Below, piece after piece: positions 11,548 through 23,399 of a stretch of 64,000 nucleotides of DNA. The stretch covers positions 1,028,241 through 1,092,240 of the forward strand of contig JAAOMT010000494.1 in the NCBI GenBank assembly GCA_016748015.1, read 5' to 3'. Every line of letters begins with the position of its first letter. Positions within the stretch are counted from its first letter, which is position 1. This DNA comes from Geosiphon pyriformis uo1 (lineage: Eukaryota; Fungi; Glomeromycota). The notes under the pieces were generated by a model. It was not told the DNA's origin. It saw only the letters and a program-made list of their open reading frames with translations, and did no database searches. A program made the position numbers and the translations under genes.

Positions 11548-12637
11548 TGTTATGAGTAAACTTGATGGATATGGGAAATGGTAACGTTTGGTGTTCTCAA
11601 TTATTGATAATACGTCTTCTGCATAATTCTGTTGACTTAGTCTTGATTATCAGTCTCTGAAGATCTATTCCTAGATGTGGATTTTACCTATTGAGTTCTT
11701 TAGTTATAAGGCACAGAGTTTGTTTTTCGTCAATTGTAATATTTTTCATAAATGTGAGCTTTCTTTTCTGAGCTAACGGACACAGTTGTTAGGATTTGGT
11801 GTTGTCTTTTCGTCCTTTTGGTAAGCTAACAAGATAATGTTAATATTCAAAACTTAGGAGGAGCTTCCCTTTTTTACCAGGCTATCACGAAGTCTATTCC
11901 CAGACAGTCAATTTTACTATGTTGCTGCTCCACAAAAATAAGACAGAAAAAGAAAGAAAAAGAAAAAGAAAAAGAAAAGAAAAGAAAAGAAAGAAAAAAT
12001 AAATTAGTATCATCAATTGCTGTGATCAAGAGCAATTGGTCCAAATTGTTAATAAGTTTGAGACAGTTATGCTAAGAGCATCTGTCCTAAAATGGAGGTA
12101 TGAGACAAGGATTAATTCACATAAATTCTACAAAGTTTGAAAACATGAATTTATGATTCTGATTTCTTTAATAATTGGTTTATTTTAGGAGATGAAATAG
12201 GAAAGATAATAAAGGATAAAAAGATATGAATAATTTTAATTCTTGTCTAGAGATTCATATCTATCTGTCTGTTTTTTCTTACTTCTACAACTACTTGCTT
12301 TTATACATTCTTTTGGTTTTACAGGATTGCTTTCAATTGTCTCACTATCACTAGCTATTGCTTTGTTGTTTCTGTTATTGCTTTGTTTTTCTACATTATC
12401 GCTAATTATCCTATGTTATAACACGTTATCTGATGTTATCTAATGTTATTCTGTGTTATCCTGCATTATAACACATTATCCTACATTATTGCATGCTATT
12501 CTGTGTTATTCTGCGTTATAACATGTTATCCTACGTTATAATGTGTTATTCAATGTTATTGCACATTATTCTGTATTATGTTACGTTTTGGTTATGTTTC
12601 TTCATAACTTTGAATCGGTTTTTCTACTCGGGTAACA
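11548..12637 (-). repeat. 5' LTR of inner element (1090 bp)
   Basis: Direct repeat of 7751-8834 with TG...CA termini, flanked by PBS and TSD. Confidence 0.95.
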
Positions 12638-14376
12638 GTGCCATATTTAGTAATAAAAACAGTTTTTTTTCTGCTTTTTGGATCCATCTCTACTTGCCAG
12701 AATTTAGCAGTTAAGTCAATGGTTGAGAAGAAAACAGCACCATTGAATTTATCTAGCATTGCATCAATTTTGAAGAATGAGTATATGTCTCTTATAGTGA
12801 TAACATTTAATTAACAGTAATCAACACAAAAACATAGAGTTTCATCTTTTTTGGATATCACTACAACTGAAAAAGCCCATTCATTCTTGGTTTTTTGTAT
12901 GAATCCAAGATCTTTTATCTGGTTTATCTCTTTCTTGATAAACTTATTATTGCATTGATTGGATTGATAAGGCTTTAAATGGATAGGATAATTTTTTTTT
13001 GTGGTAATAGTATGTTGTATTACATGAGTTTATCTAGGAGTATTACCTTCTTTTGAGATAATTGGACTATTTCTAGCCAACAGATTTTCAATGTCCATTT
13101 TTCTTTCTTCAGGAAAAAGTTTTTTTTGTTCTACAACTAGTGATTGGATTTTAGGTGGTTTATTCTCAAAAAACTTTTGTACTTTTTTTAGTTCTTTTCT
13201 GAGTATCAAACTAATTGGCTCCCAATCTTTGTAATAGATTAGACAGAACTTGTATTTATAACTAGGGAAATACAAAGATTTATTGCACCAGCACCTGGCA
13301 CAAAGGCCATGCCACCAATAACTGTATTTTGCTTTCTTGCCAGGTTTTTTATCGAAGGTTTTTCTGAGAATATCATAGTAGGGCCAGCAGATCAGCTTGC
13401 CATTTATTATGATTCCTTCTTTGTTAGCTTTAACATTGTCCAGTGGTTTGTCATTACTAATAAAAATAGTATAAGCAAGTTCAGCAGTTTTTTCTTATTT
13501 TTTTTGATCTTTTTCTTTATTACTCTCATTATCATCTGATTCTTCTGATTGTTCTTTTTCTTGTTTTTGTTTGGGTACTGAAGGAGTTGTCTAATAGCAG
13601 CATTTAACCATGATGAGTTTCTTACCACATCTGATGGTCAGTTCACAGAGTTTATAATCAAGCAAGACTTTTGCTTTCTTAAGCCATTTATTGCCAACTA
13701 TTATAGTGTATTCTTTTGCTTCAGATACTTCCATGTCAGATTCAATGCTGATGCCATTAATTCAGACAAAAACAGCTTTGGCTATGCCCAGATCTTTCTT
13801 CTTGTTACCATGTATATTGGTCATTAATCTTGTGAACAGTTTATTAATCTTTCTGTCAATTGCTTCTAAGAAGTATTTGGCAATGATGCTAACAGATAAT
13901 TTACTGTTTAGGATCAAATCAATGAAATAATCAGCCACTTGGGCTTTACAAATGAGAGAAATAACATTGTTGTTGTCAGCAAGTCCAGCTTGGCATAGGT
14001 ATTTGTTGGTCTTTGGTATTTTTTTCTTAGGAATCAAAAATTTGCAAAGGTCTTTTCTAAATTAGAAATGAGTTATTAACTGGCCAAAGATAATATGAGC
14101 AGGCATTTCCATGAGATTCTTGACAACAGAATAGAGTCCAAATTTTTGTACAATTTTTGAGGGTTTCAACTTTGAAAGATTTTTAAAAACTTTAGTCTTT
14201 AGTGGCTTATTGTTATTAATAGTTGATGTGGAGGCTTTTTTTGGATCTATAATGAAATCAACCTTGGCTTTTTTCTTCTTTCTTATTGATTCAGAAGTGT
14301 TGATTGTTAGTTCATCTATGTCATAGTTATCATCAGTTAGGTTAAAAGCATAAAAAGTGTTTTTTTCTGGTTGGCT

Positions 14377-14415
14377 TGCACTCTTACTCTTTGAAAGTGC
14401 ACTTACTAGTTTAAA
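14377..14415 (-). promoter_or_regulatory. Putative -1 programmed ribosomal frameshift signal at the gag/pol junction
   Basis: Gag frame ends CCT TTA AAC TAG (slippery T TTA AAC). After a 7-nt spacer comes the stem-loop TGCACTTT-CAAAGAGTA-AGAGTGCA. The -1 frame is open (LVSALSKSKSASQPEKNTFYAFNLTDD). Confidence 0.75.
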
Positions 14416-15936
14416 GGCTAATAAACAGTGGCTTCAACTAAGGAATTCTCTCCAAAAAAATTGATGTTAGCATGATTGGGTCTTTGATTGGGGACATTGT
14501 TGTTGATAGTTTTGTTGTTTTAATTGTCATTGTTTCTGAGAGCTGAAGGAGGCAGGAGAGGATTGTTACAATCTCTGAAGAAATGTTTAATTAATCCACA
14601 GCAATAACACACAAGTAGGCCACAATTTTGTTGTCTTTAATAAGAGGATTGCTAGGGTTAATTAAAACGGGATTCAAATCTGAGTCTTTGGGATTGTTGA
14701 TTCTTTCTGACTGCTTAGGCTAAGAGTTTTAGTAACTGGGCAAGATTAGCTGTAAGTCTATTTATTAACTGTTCATTTGGGTCTTGAATTTGGACAGCAA
14801 AAGAGGTAGCAGCCATTTGGGGAGCAGGAGCCATAACAGAAGCAGGAGCAAAAACTGGAAGTGTGGATCTTAAATGCATTTTTTGATTGTCTTCTATTCT
14901 CTGGGCAAGTTCAATAGTCATATTCATTGTGGGATTATCTTTTAAGGCCAGGAGGGGCCAAAGAGCATATGACAGATTTGTTCTCAATCCTTTTGTAAAG
15001 AAATGAATCTTTTGCTCATCTGTTCAGTTATTTGGTTACCACTTTACTGGGACTTTGGATTCTTTTTTCTAATTTCATATGCTATTTGGATATCAAGATA
15101 GAAGTTCTAAATTTAGTTTTAAACTGGGTTGTAAAAAAAGTGTTTTCTTTTTCAGCATTTGTTGGTGCCCATTTAATAATTTTTTGGTGAGCACCAGCAT
15201 CAGTTTTTTGTGAGAACCAAGTAGCAGGAGAGCCTTGAAGATAACCACTAATGATTTGAAACTTGTATTCAGCATTATATTGGTTAGTAGTAGTTGTTCT
15301 CTCAAAATTGTCTAATTATTCAATTGGATCTTGTGCATTGTCTCTGAACAAGGGTAGTGGTGTGTTATTTCTTTGTTCTAAAGCAGTTTGTATGCTCTGG
15401 AGAGTGATCAAAATGTTTTGTTGTATGGGGTTATTAGCCATTAGTTCAAGAGTAGCTGTTTGTGTAGAATGTTCTAATTTACTAAAGAAAAAATCAAAAA
15501 CAAAAGTGGTTTGATAGCTTTCTTTTTCTGTTTCAAAGAAAGTTTTAGCTAACTGATGGGCAGCAATTCAAATGTGAATTTGGTGATTCAGGTATTTGAA
15601 ATTAGGGGGCTGTTGTTTAAAAGTTGTAGAGTATAAAAGTTGATTGATGCTGTTGTTTTTTTCTTCAAAGTTGTTTTCAGAATAAGCTTGGTCAAAGTAA
15701 TAAATTGTATAGACTATGTAGGTTTCAGCTAAATGCTTATTCAAGAACCAGTTCCAAAAAGCTTGGAATTGTCTACTAGATTGTTTTTCAATAGGGAAGC
15801 AAATCAAGCAGGAGAGCAAAAGATTGAGTTCAATAAAGTTTAGATTGTTTTTGTTGTATGCTTTAAAGTGTTTTTCTGATTGTTATGGTAGGTATGAATA
15901 ATTACTCATACAATAAGAAACAAAGTAAATTTTAAC

Positions 15937-15955
15937 AACCTCACAAGGAGCACCA
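15937..15955 (-). promoter_or_regulatory. Primer-binding site of outer Gypsy element
   Basis: TGGTGCTCCTTGTGAGGTT, 6 nt after the 5' LTR; 18/19 identical to the inner element PBS. Confidence 0.85.
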
Positions 15956-15961
15956 CTTTTA

Positions 15962-16609
15962 TGTTATGGATTGGAGTAACAAGCTAATGAATAGCAAAGG
16001 AGAACAGGATTGTAGAGTGATAGAAATAATCAAAGAGATTTTAACTTCAAGAAGCAAATTAAATGAGTAAAGATTCAATATGTGAAATCAGTTTTATAAA
16101 ATATCTCAGTCACTGCATTTTTCAAAAAATAACTGGAAAATCTGAAGATAGAAGGATAGTCCATTCTGTCAACAAATGATCACACACTGGTAAAATTCTA
16201 TGCCTTAAATTGGCCCTCTTAGAATTCAATATCAGATATCAGATGTATTTTTTAGTCACATTTTATTCAATAATCTTTAAATGCTGCAAATACATGTTCA
16301 GAAAAAGAGTAGGTAAATGCCAACAAGTAATCTTTTATTTTAAAATATTCAGATACTTAAAGGTAAGAAAAAGGAAATTAGTGATAAGAGAAATATTAAA
16401 ATGAAGTTGTTATTTTTATTTCTGTATGCTTTTCTACAGCTAAAAAATTTATCACTTATATAGCTATCAAAAGTGATTAATAATCAGGTCAACAATTAGG
16501 TCAATAATTAGGTCAATAATCACTATCTAAAAATAGAGTGGTTAATTATATAATATCAGTAGCTAATACATGTAATAATTAATAAAAAGTATAGGTTTCA
16601 ACCATAACA
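15962..16609 (-). repeat. 5' LTR of outer Gypsy element (648 bp)
   Basis: TGTTATGG...CCATAACA inverted termini; adjacent PBS at 15937-15955. Confidence 0.93.
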
Positions 16610-19600
16610 ACATTATAACAATACTGGAAGCCAGAATATACTTTAAAACCAAAACAATTACCTGTAATTTTGTTATTATAGAAGACACCAAACCACTAAC
16701 TTCAAGACTAATACTTAAATTCAGATTAGCAAAAAATGTAGTTGCACTATACTTTATTTTATATATACCCAAGTTTTTTAAAAATCTATCTGTATAAATA
16801 TTGATAATATCTAAATTAGTATTAAAGAGATATTGTCTTACTATAAAGAAATTACTAGTATCAAAAATATTCAAAAGCTGGAATTTACTAATAAATAGCT
16901 GAACTGTAAAATGAGAAGTAGAATTAACTAAGTAATCATATATTAATTTAAACTAAATAGGAATTGGAACTTTAGGATCAAGTCTTTTTCAACAATAAAA
17001 ACTTTTTCAATCAAAAACTAACTCTTTCTTATCATATAATTGTTCAACAAAGACAATACTAAATCTTTTAAATGAATGAGAAACATTATAAAACATTATA
17101 TCTTCCAAAACAAAAAACATAGAAGTGCTATCAAAAAACTGAAATGTAAAGAACAAAATATTGGTAAAAGAAACATTATAATTTAAAAAGATTTTTATCA
17201 CACCAGTCAGAAAATTGTTAATTGAACTGATCTTTAATTTCACAGAATTTTGCAAAAAATAAATGAGAAACCAACTTAAAATTTGCAAATCCAAAGATTT
17301 ATAATCAAACAAATAACCAAAAATTCTATTAGCATTTAAAAAACTCAACACAGAAGTCAATTTACTCTTTACTTGTACTTGCTCAAATAATTTAAAGTTA
17401 TACAAAAATAGATGATAAAGTGCCTTATTGGAAAATTTTTGACAAATCCACTTTTATTCTTAAACTTTTTTTAATTAGCATATTCTATTTGTTGCATACA
17501 CTTTTAAAAACAAAACTAAACTGAATTTTGTAACCAACAATAGATTAAAGCACAGCTGAAACCAAATAAAAAAACTGTTTATTTAAAATAGCTTTTTTTA
17601 AGATCATGTTAACAAAAAACCTAATATTCAAATAAGCTTTTTTCAAACTAAGTTTGGATAAACCTTTAGAAAACAAAAAAATACAAAGATATCTATAGAA
17701 TTTTCCACTTTGTATTATAGATATTGGCAGATCACTTATTAATAATAAGACATTTCTGACTTTTTGGTTGATAAAAATGGCTATTATTTTTTTATTGTTG
17801 ATTGAAATATTATTAATAATAAAAAACTTACTTGTAATATCCAAAATATATTAAGTAGTAGTCTGACTATTTTTTATCCAAATTGTGTTATCAATAAAAG
17901 CACTAGCCATCAAATATAAAGTTAATTTATCTTGGTTTTTTATTCTGTTAGTTTTGGCTACAAACTTAGTGTTAATATAATAACTATATAAACTTTTATG
18001 TCTTTTAACCTTACATAAAAAAGGATCATAAAAATTTTTCTAGAACAGAGAAAAAAAATTTTACCCTGGTTTAAACTATTATGTACTTGGTATCTATTAG
18101 TCAACTCATAATTAGTCATAATCTAATTAATCTTACTATTGTGAATATTACCAAAGAACTTAATGAATTGCTTACATATTTTAATTTAAATTAAACTATT
18201 TTTTAAATGATACCAATTAACAAAATTATATGCCTTTTGCATATTTTATAAGACTAATCAAAGTCTATGATATTTTTTTAAAGCATCTTTAATCATTAAG
18301 CCAACCACAAAAATAAAAAACTAGATAGTAATGTCTTTTAATACAGAAAAGTTGTTACCATAAAAAACATTAAATCTACTACAAACCAAGAAAATTTTAT
18401 CAAAAAAAATCTTGGAAAGAATTTTATAAGCAGTCTCAATTAAGGTAATTAGTCTGGTATTAGTTAAAACACTCTTCTATTTATAAGATTTAAGAATCAT
18501 TAACACTTAAGCTTCCTTTCAAAATTAAAGTACAGATTCACACATCAAACAAAAGTTCAAATAATTCAGAAGCATGACAAGAATTAAACCATTATAATGT
18601 TTTCAAAGCTCATTTATAATATTAAACAAATCAATGACTTTTCTATTAAGCAGATCTTTGATTACATGTATTAAATTATAATAATTAATAGCACTCATAA
18701 CATTGAAAAAAGCAATATTATCAATATAAATCAACAGCAGATATTGATAATACTGCAGATTAGGAATACTATTCAAAACTAATTTTTTCTTTGTCCAATC
18801 TTTCATAATTGTATCAACTTTAGATTTGATCTTACCAGAACCCAAAACCAGTTTATTATTAACAACCAAATAATCTATTACAACTTTTCAAAAAAGTTGC
18901 TTTAATACACTTCTGATTGTATGATTTTTATTAACAACAAAGCTTTCTATTTATTTGTTAATAGCAGATCTGATAAGTGACTTTTTAGCCCTTAAAAATT
19001 TAGCAAGTTTAAATACACAATATAATTTTTTTACTTTAAAAAGAGAGGATCTTATACAATTAAAATCAGAACCAAAGTTCAACAAAACTTAAATACTTGA
19101 AGCATTATTACTGTTTAAAGACATTTAGCAGTTCATTAGAGAATTGAACCTATCATTAGTCTTATTATGTAAAAATTTGGCAATTTTTGACATTATATTT
19201 ATATCTGAAAAATTTCTAGATATAGCAAACTTATTAAAAAACATAACAGCATTAACCATTATAGTATTCTTGAATTTGTTTAATTTTGTATCATTAACAT
19301 CTTTAAAATCAAACTTTCAGCAGTTTTTATTTGCCAACTTATAAAAAAAGTTCAAATATACATTCAACAAATCATTCAAATCCACAAAAATAAAGACTAC
19401 TTAATGATCAATGTCAAAGTGTTCTCTAATATTTAAAACATTATAATTCATTATTGTATTAATTAAATTTAAGGAGACAAATATAAAATCAAGTGTTTTT
19501 TCAGCACTTTTAGAATTATTTTATGTTAAAGTTTTTGTAACTGAATTTTTTATCAAAAAATTAACCAGTTTTAAATCAAGACACTTTTTGAAGCTAGCAT

Positions 19601-22564
19601 ATTCCCAAAACTATTCTCATTAAAATTACTTTTCAAAACCACAAATAAAGTTTTGTTTACAGTTTTAGCAATTAGTAAATTAATTTTTTCAGCTTAAACC
19701 AAGTATATTATCAAAGTAGTATTAATATACAGTCCCAAAATTAACACAAAGAGTTTATTTTTAAAAAGTAGTTTAATAAACAAAAACCTATTAGCAATTT
19801 CTAAAATCTTGTATACATGTCTTGTTAAACTAATGTTTATAATAATTGTGACACCAAAACCCAAGTGATTAGATTTTAAACCAGACATAAACACTCAAAT
19901 ATCATCAAACTTGTTTATAATCTATAGATAAACTTTATCTTTTAATTTTGTCTTAGTAATAATAAAAATCAAATTGTTTATTTTTTTATGTCAACAAATA
20001 ATATTCTCTTGCTTAGCAAAATTGTTCATATCTTTAATATTGCACATGATAATTTTTCGGATCAAATTAGTTATTGTTAGAAAATAGTGTCTAAATCCAA
20101 ACTTATGTTATTTATTTTAGTTAACAGATTTATAAATATATCTAATAAATTGTTTATTTTTTTCTTGAACTTTTTGATAATTGATGGATCCAAAATCTCT
20201 GCTCAAACAACAGTCTTACCACTAGTGGCTGTATCTAAATTCTTACTTATTACTTTATTTACTTCTTAATTCTGTAATAAAAGAGTTATTAATGGCTAAT
20301 ATTCAAGACTAGGCTGAAAAACTATTGGCTTAAGTGCTTTCAACTTCTTAACCAGCTTACCAATTTGCTCTATAAAGCTGTTAAGACTATATTTAAAAAC
20401 AACAAACCTATTACTTCTAAAAAAATCAGCAAAAAAGATTTAACATTTAAAAATGAACCAGAAAAAACCAAAAGTACTATACAAAAAACAAAATTATTAA
20501 CAATTTAAGTCTAAGTTTTTCCACTAAATAAAACTGGTTAATTAATTGGTATTTGTTTTTTTTATTTATATTTGCTAAGCAAATTTTATTCTATGAATTA
20601 ATTACTTGTTTATTATAACTACTTAAATTTTCACTCATTAAACACATATCAAAAACATAACCAAATTGTTTATACTAAGCACAATAGACCAAAAAAAAAC
20701 CAGCCCAATACAAATTCACATTCTTAAAGACAGAAATAAAACTAATAACAGCTTTTTTTAATGTTTTATTAACAAAACAAATTACAATATATTTGTTATA
20801 AACATAAGAACTAGAGTTGTGGTTAATATAGCAAGTTTTTTTACTATATGATTTTAACAAAACAGTAAAATTATGAGCAGTAGTGCCAACTAATAAAGTG
20901 TATAACAAAACCTAATGTTGATTTCTAAATATTTATATTTGTTTATTATTAACAGCCAATACTATATGCACAGAATTTTTTTCCATAAAAATAGACTACT
21001 TGGCTATAACTAAATTGGCAATTTTAGTTGATTCAAACTTTACCAAAACTTTTTGCCAAAAACCAATAAGTTGTATCTTGATTAACACAATTTTGTCAAA
21101 TTTAAAAAACACTAACTCTACAGTTAACTTGTGAAGATTTATTGGAATTTCCTTAATAATTATTTCTTAATCTGTATAATTATTTGTTTTTTTTATATCA
21201 TTTACCATAATTTTTTTACAGATTGCCAATTTTTTTGCTTTATTCAAACTTAATTCTAATAAAAAAAATGACTTAATAATCTCTGAAAATTTTGAAGGAG
21301 TAAATGTTTTTCCAAAACCATTAATGTGATAAAAATTTTTTTTACTGTAATTAATTTATTATTATTAATTTTACCAAGTACAGTAAACAACTTAATATTC
21401 AATGCAAATAACTTTGCTAAATTGAAACTCTATTTTTCTAAAACACATGACTTGATCAATAAAAATTGCTTAAAGTTATTAAACTTAGATAACAAAAGTA
21501 TTAAGACATTTTTGTTATTATTTAAATCCATAAATGAAAAAATTTTTGACAAGTAACCCAACATATATGTTTAAATACAAGTTTTCTATAGCATAGTATT
21601 ATTTATATTATTGTCAACTATTAATTATCTAAATTTGCATAGCTAGTTTTTTTAATAATAATATTCTTTATATTTCTTATATTCTCTATATCTATTAAAT
21701 TATTAATACTATTGGCTTTGCTATTAATTTTACTTTTTCAGAATATTATTGGCTTGTTACTAGAGACATCAATATCTTTAAGACTTAAAAAATTAGCAGA
21801 TGAGTTGACTATACTAACACCTATATTAAATTTTTTCAGTTTTTTATAAAATATATTGCAGAAATATATACTTTTCACATGTTTTTTCTTAATGCTTAAG
21901 CAGATTTTTAAACCAGTTGAATCTGAACCAAAATTATTAACAAAAAAACTCACTAGTTTTATTATAACAAAAAAAAGTAAGTTGGAAAAAATAACTAAAA
22001 AAATACAAAAAAAAAGAAAAAATAAATAAATTAATTTTTCAATAAATTTTTGCTTTTGTTATAATTAAAAGATTGACAAAAGAAAGAGTATTACTTTTTT
22101 TATTATAAGTAATTAATTTTAATTATATTATTTTTTTATTATATTATTTAAATATTTAGATAATATTGTTTTTAATTTATGTTTACTATTTTATAACTTT
22201 TAATAATTTTTTTTATATTTATTTTTTAAATTAAGCATTAAAAAGTTTTATTTTTAATAACAAATTAAAAAAATTCTGATTTAACTTTAGTATTATCACT
22301 TTAATTAACTATTAATTTATTTTATTTTTTGTATTTTAAATAGAATTTGATTTTTTTTATTAAATATAATATTAAGTTGGTTTTTATTTAAAAATAAATA
22401 ATAATTATATAATAATTTTTTTGCTTTATAAGCATTTTATAAACCTTTTTTTTCTTATTTTAATATAATAAAATAAATTTATAAAATTATTTTTATATTA
22501 TAATTAAAACATAACATAAATATTATAAGATAAAATTATTAATATTTAATAAAAAGTGTTTAAA

Positions 22565-23395
22565 TTTTTTTATTATTATTATTTTACAAATAAAATCCAA
22601 ATGCTATCTAGCATAATACATCAAATTAAATAATCTAAACTAAGCACAAATCATTTACTTTCTATACATAACTAGTCACTTGAACCAATTAGAACAATAC
22701 TATAAATCTATTTTAACAGAAATTACAAATTCTATGTTTAAAAAAAACCACAAAGTCTACATATACCAAAATTAACATTATATATCTTTGCAATTTTAAG
22801 CAATTTAACAATACTATTAAAAAAAAAAAAAGCAAATTATGAATTACTAAAACACAGAACTATTATATATAATTAAATTATTTTTTTCTATAATTATCCT
22901 GTATTTAGATCTTATTAACTTTATTTTAACACAATAAATCATTTTTAAGTCTTGTATAAAATTAACAATCTTTTTATTTGTAGTCTTAACACAATCAAAA
23001 ACAGATACAGTCTCCAAATATCATTTCTTAAACACAAAATCTTTGCATAAAGCAATATAAATAATAATATTAAAAACACATAAAAAAGCATTTACAAGAT
23101 ATAAAATAATAATAAACTTAAATTCAACATAAAGTTTTATTGAACCAAATACAACTTAAACAAACTTCTGCAAACTGTAAAATTTATCTTGTATATAAAA
23201 AAATAATCAGAAAATTCTACTTCTTTATAATAAAAACATAATACACTAGAATATTTTTATTATATAAGCATTTACAAATAGCAATAAGCAAATAATAATG
23301 TAAAGTTTTTATAAAATATAAACACAAATTAGCAATAAGTATATTTGTAAAACCAATAACTATATACAAATTAAAATGTCAAACTAATGATAATA
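22565..23395 (-). mobile_element. LINE 3' fragment (end of ORF2 + 3' UTR + short A tail), 5'-truncated
   Basis: Reverse complement of 22600-22780 aligns with the ORF2 end and 3' UTR at 31800-31990. 22980-23390 aligns with 3290-3700. Confidence 0.75.
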
Positions 23396-23399
23396 TTTA

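Larger units (their letters stand above)
7751..12637 (-). mobile_element. Non-autonomous LTR retroelement (4887 bp; gag + accessory ORF, no pol) nested in the RT of the outer Gypsy element
   Basis: LTRs 7751-8834 and 11548-12637 (TGTTA...TAACA); TSD GTGC (7747-7750, 12638-12641); PBS 11527-11545; PPT AAAAAGAGAGGGATAA 8835-8850. Internal region is only 2.7 kb. Excision restores the host RT frame (ITKYGT|YKFTVM). Confidence 0.95.
4092..16609 (-). mobile_element. Ty3/Gypsy LTR retrotransposon, formerly autonomous (about 7.6 kb without the nested element): gag-PR-RT-RH-IN plus an extra 3' ORF; inactivated
   Basis: Paired LTRs 4092-4792 and 15962-16609; TSD ACAT (4088-4091, 16610-16613). Gag CCHC relic CYCCGLIKHFFRDC (~14570-14610); protease relic LILNSKLSVSII (~13900); RT KTVFITKYGTYKFTVMFFGLINA and VYLDD (~7630); RNase H FHTDVSGYKLG (7048-7266); integrase HHCC (~6430-6560) and core YHPQTNGLVE (~6070). 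Domain order PR-RT-RH-IN. Confidence 0.95.
3262..22088 (-). mobile_element. Decayed non-LTR retrotransposon (LINE; ORF1 + APE-RT-RNaseH ORF2), split by the Gypsy insertion into 16610-22088 and 3262-4091; extreme 3' end missing
   Basis: ORF2 start relic near 20075 (TNLIRKIIMCNIKDMN, cf. MSSLVWKIATCNVRGMN). Colinear APE/RT fragments at 17000-19900. RNase H fragment at 16563-16874 (IYTDRFL...KLQVIVLVLKYI). Removing the Gypsy element and one TSD copy restores an in-frame junction SIVIMYLDS*TVLD (cf. SSVHLFSDSQAVLD). LCKNFVFK relic near 3350. Confidence 0.88.
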
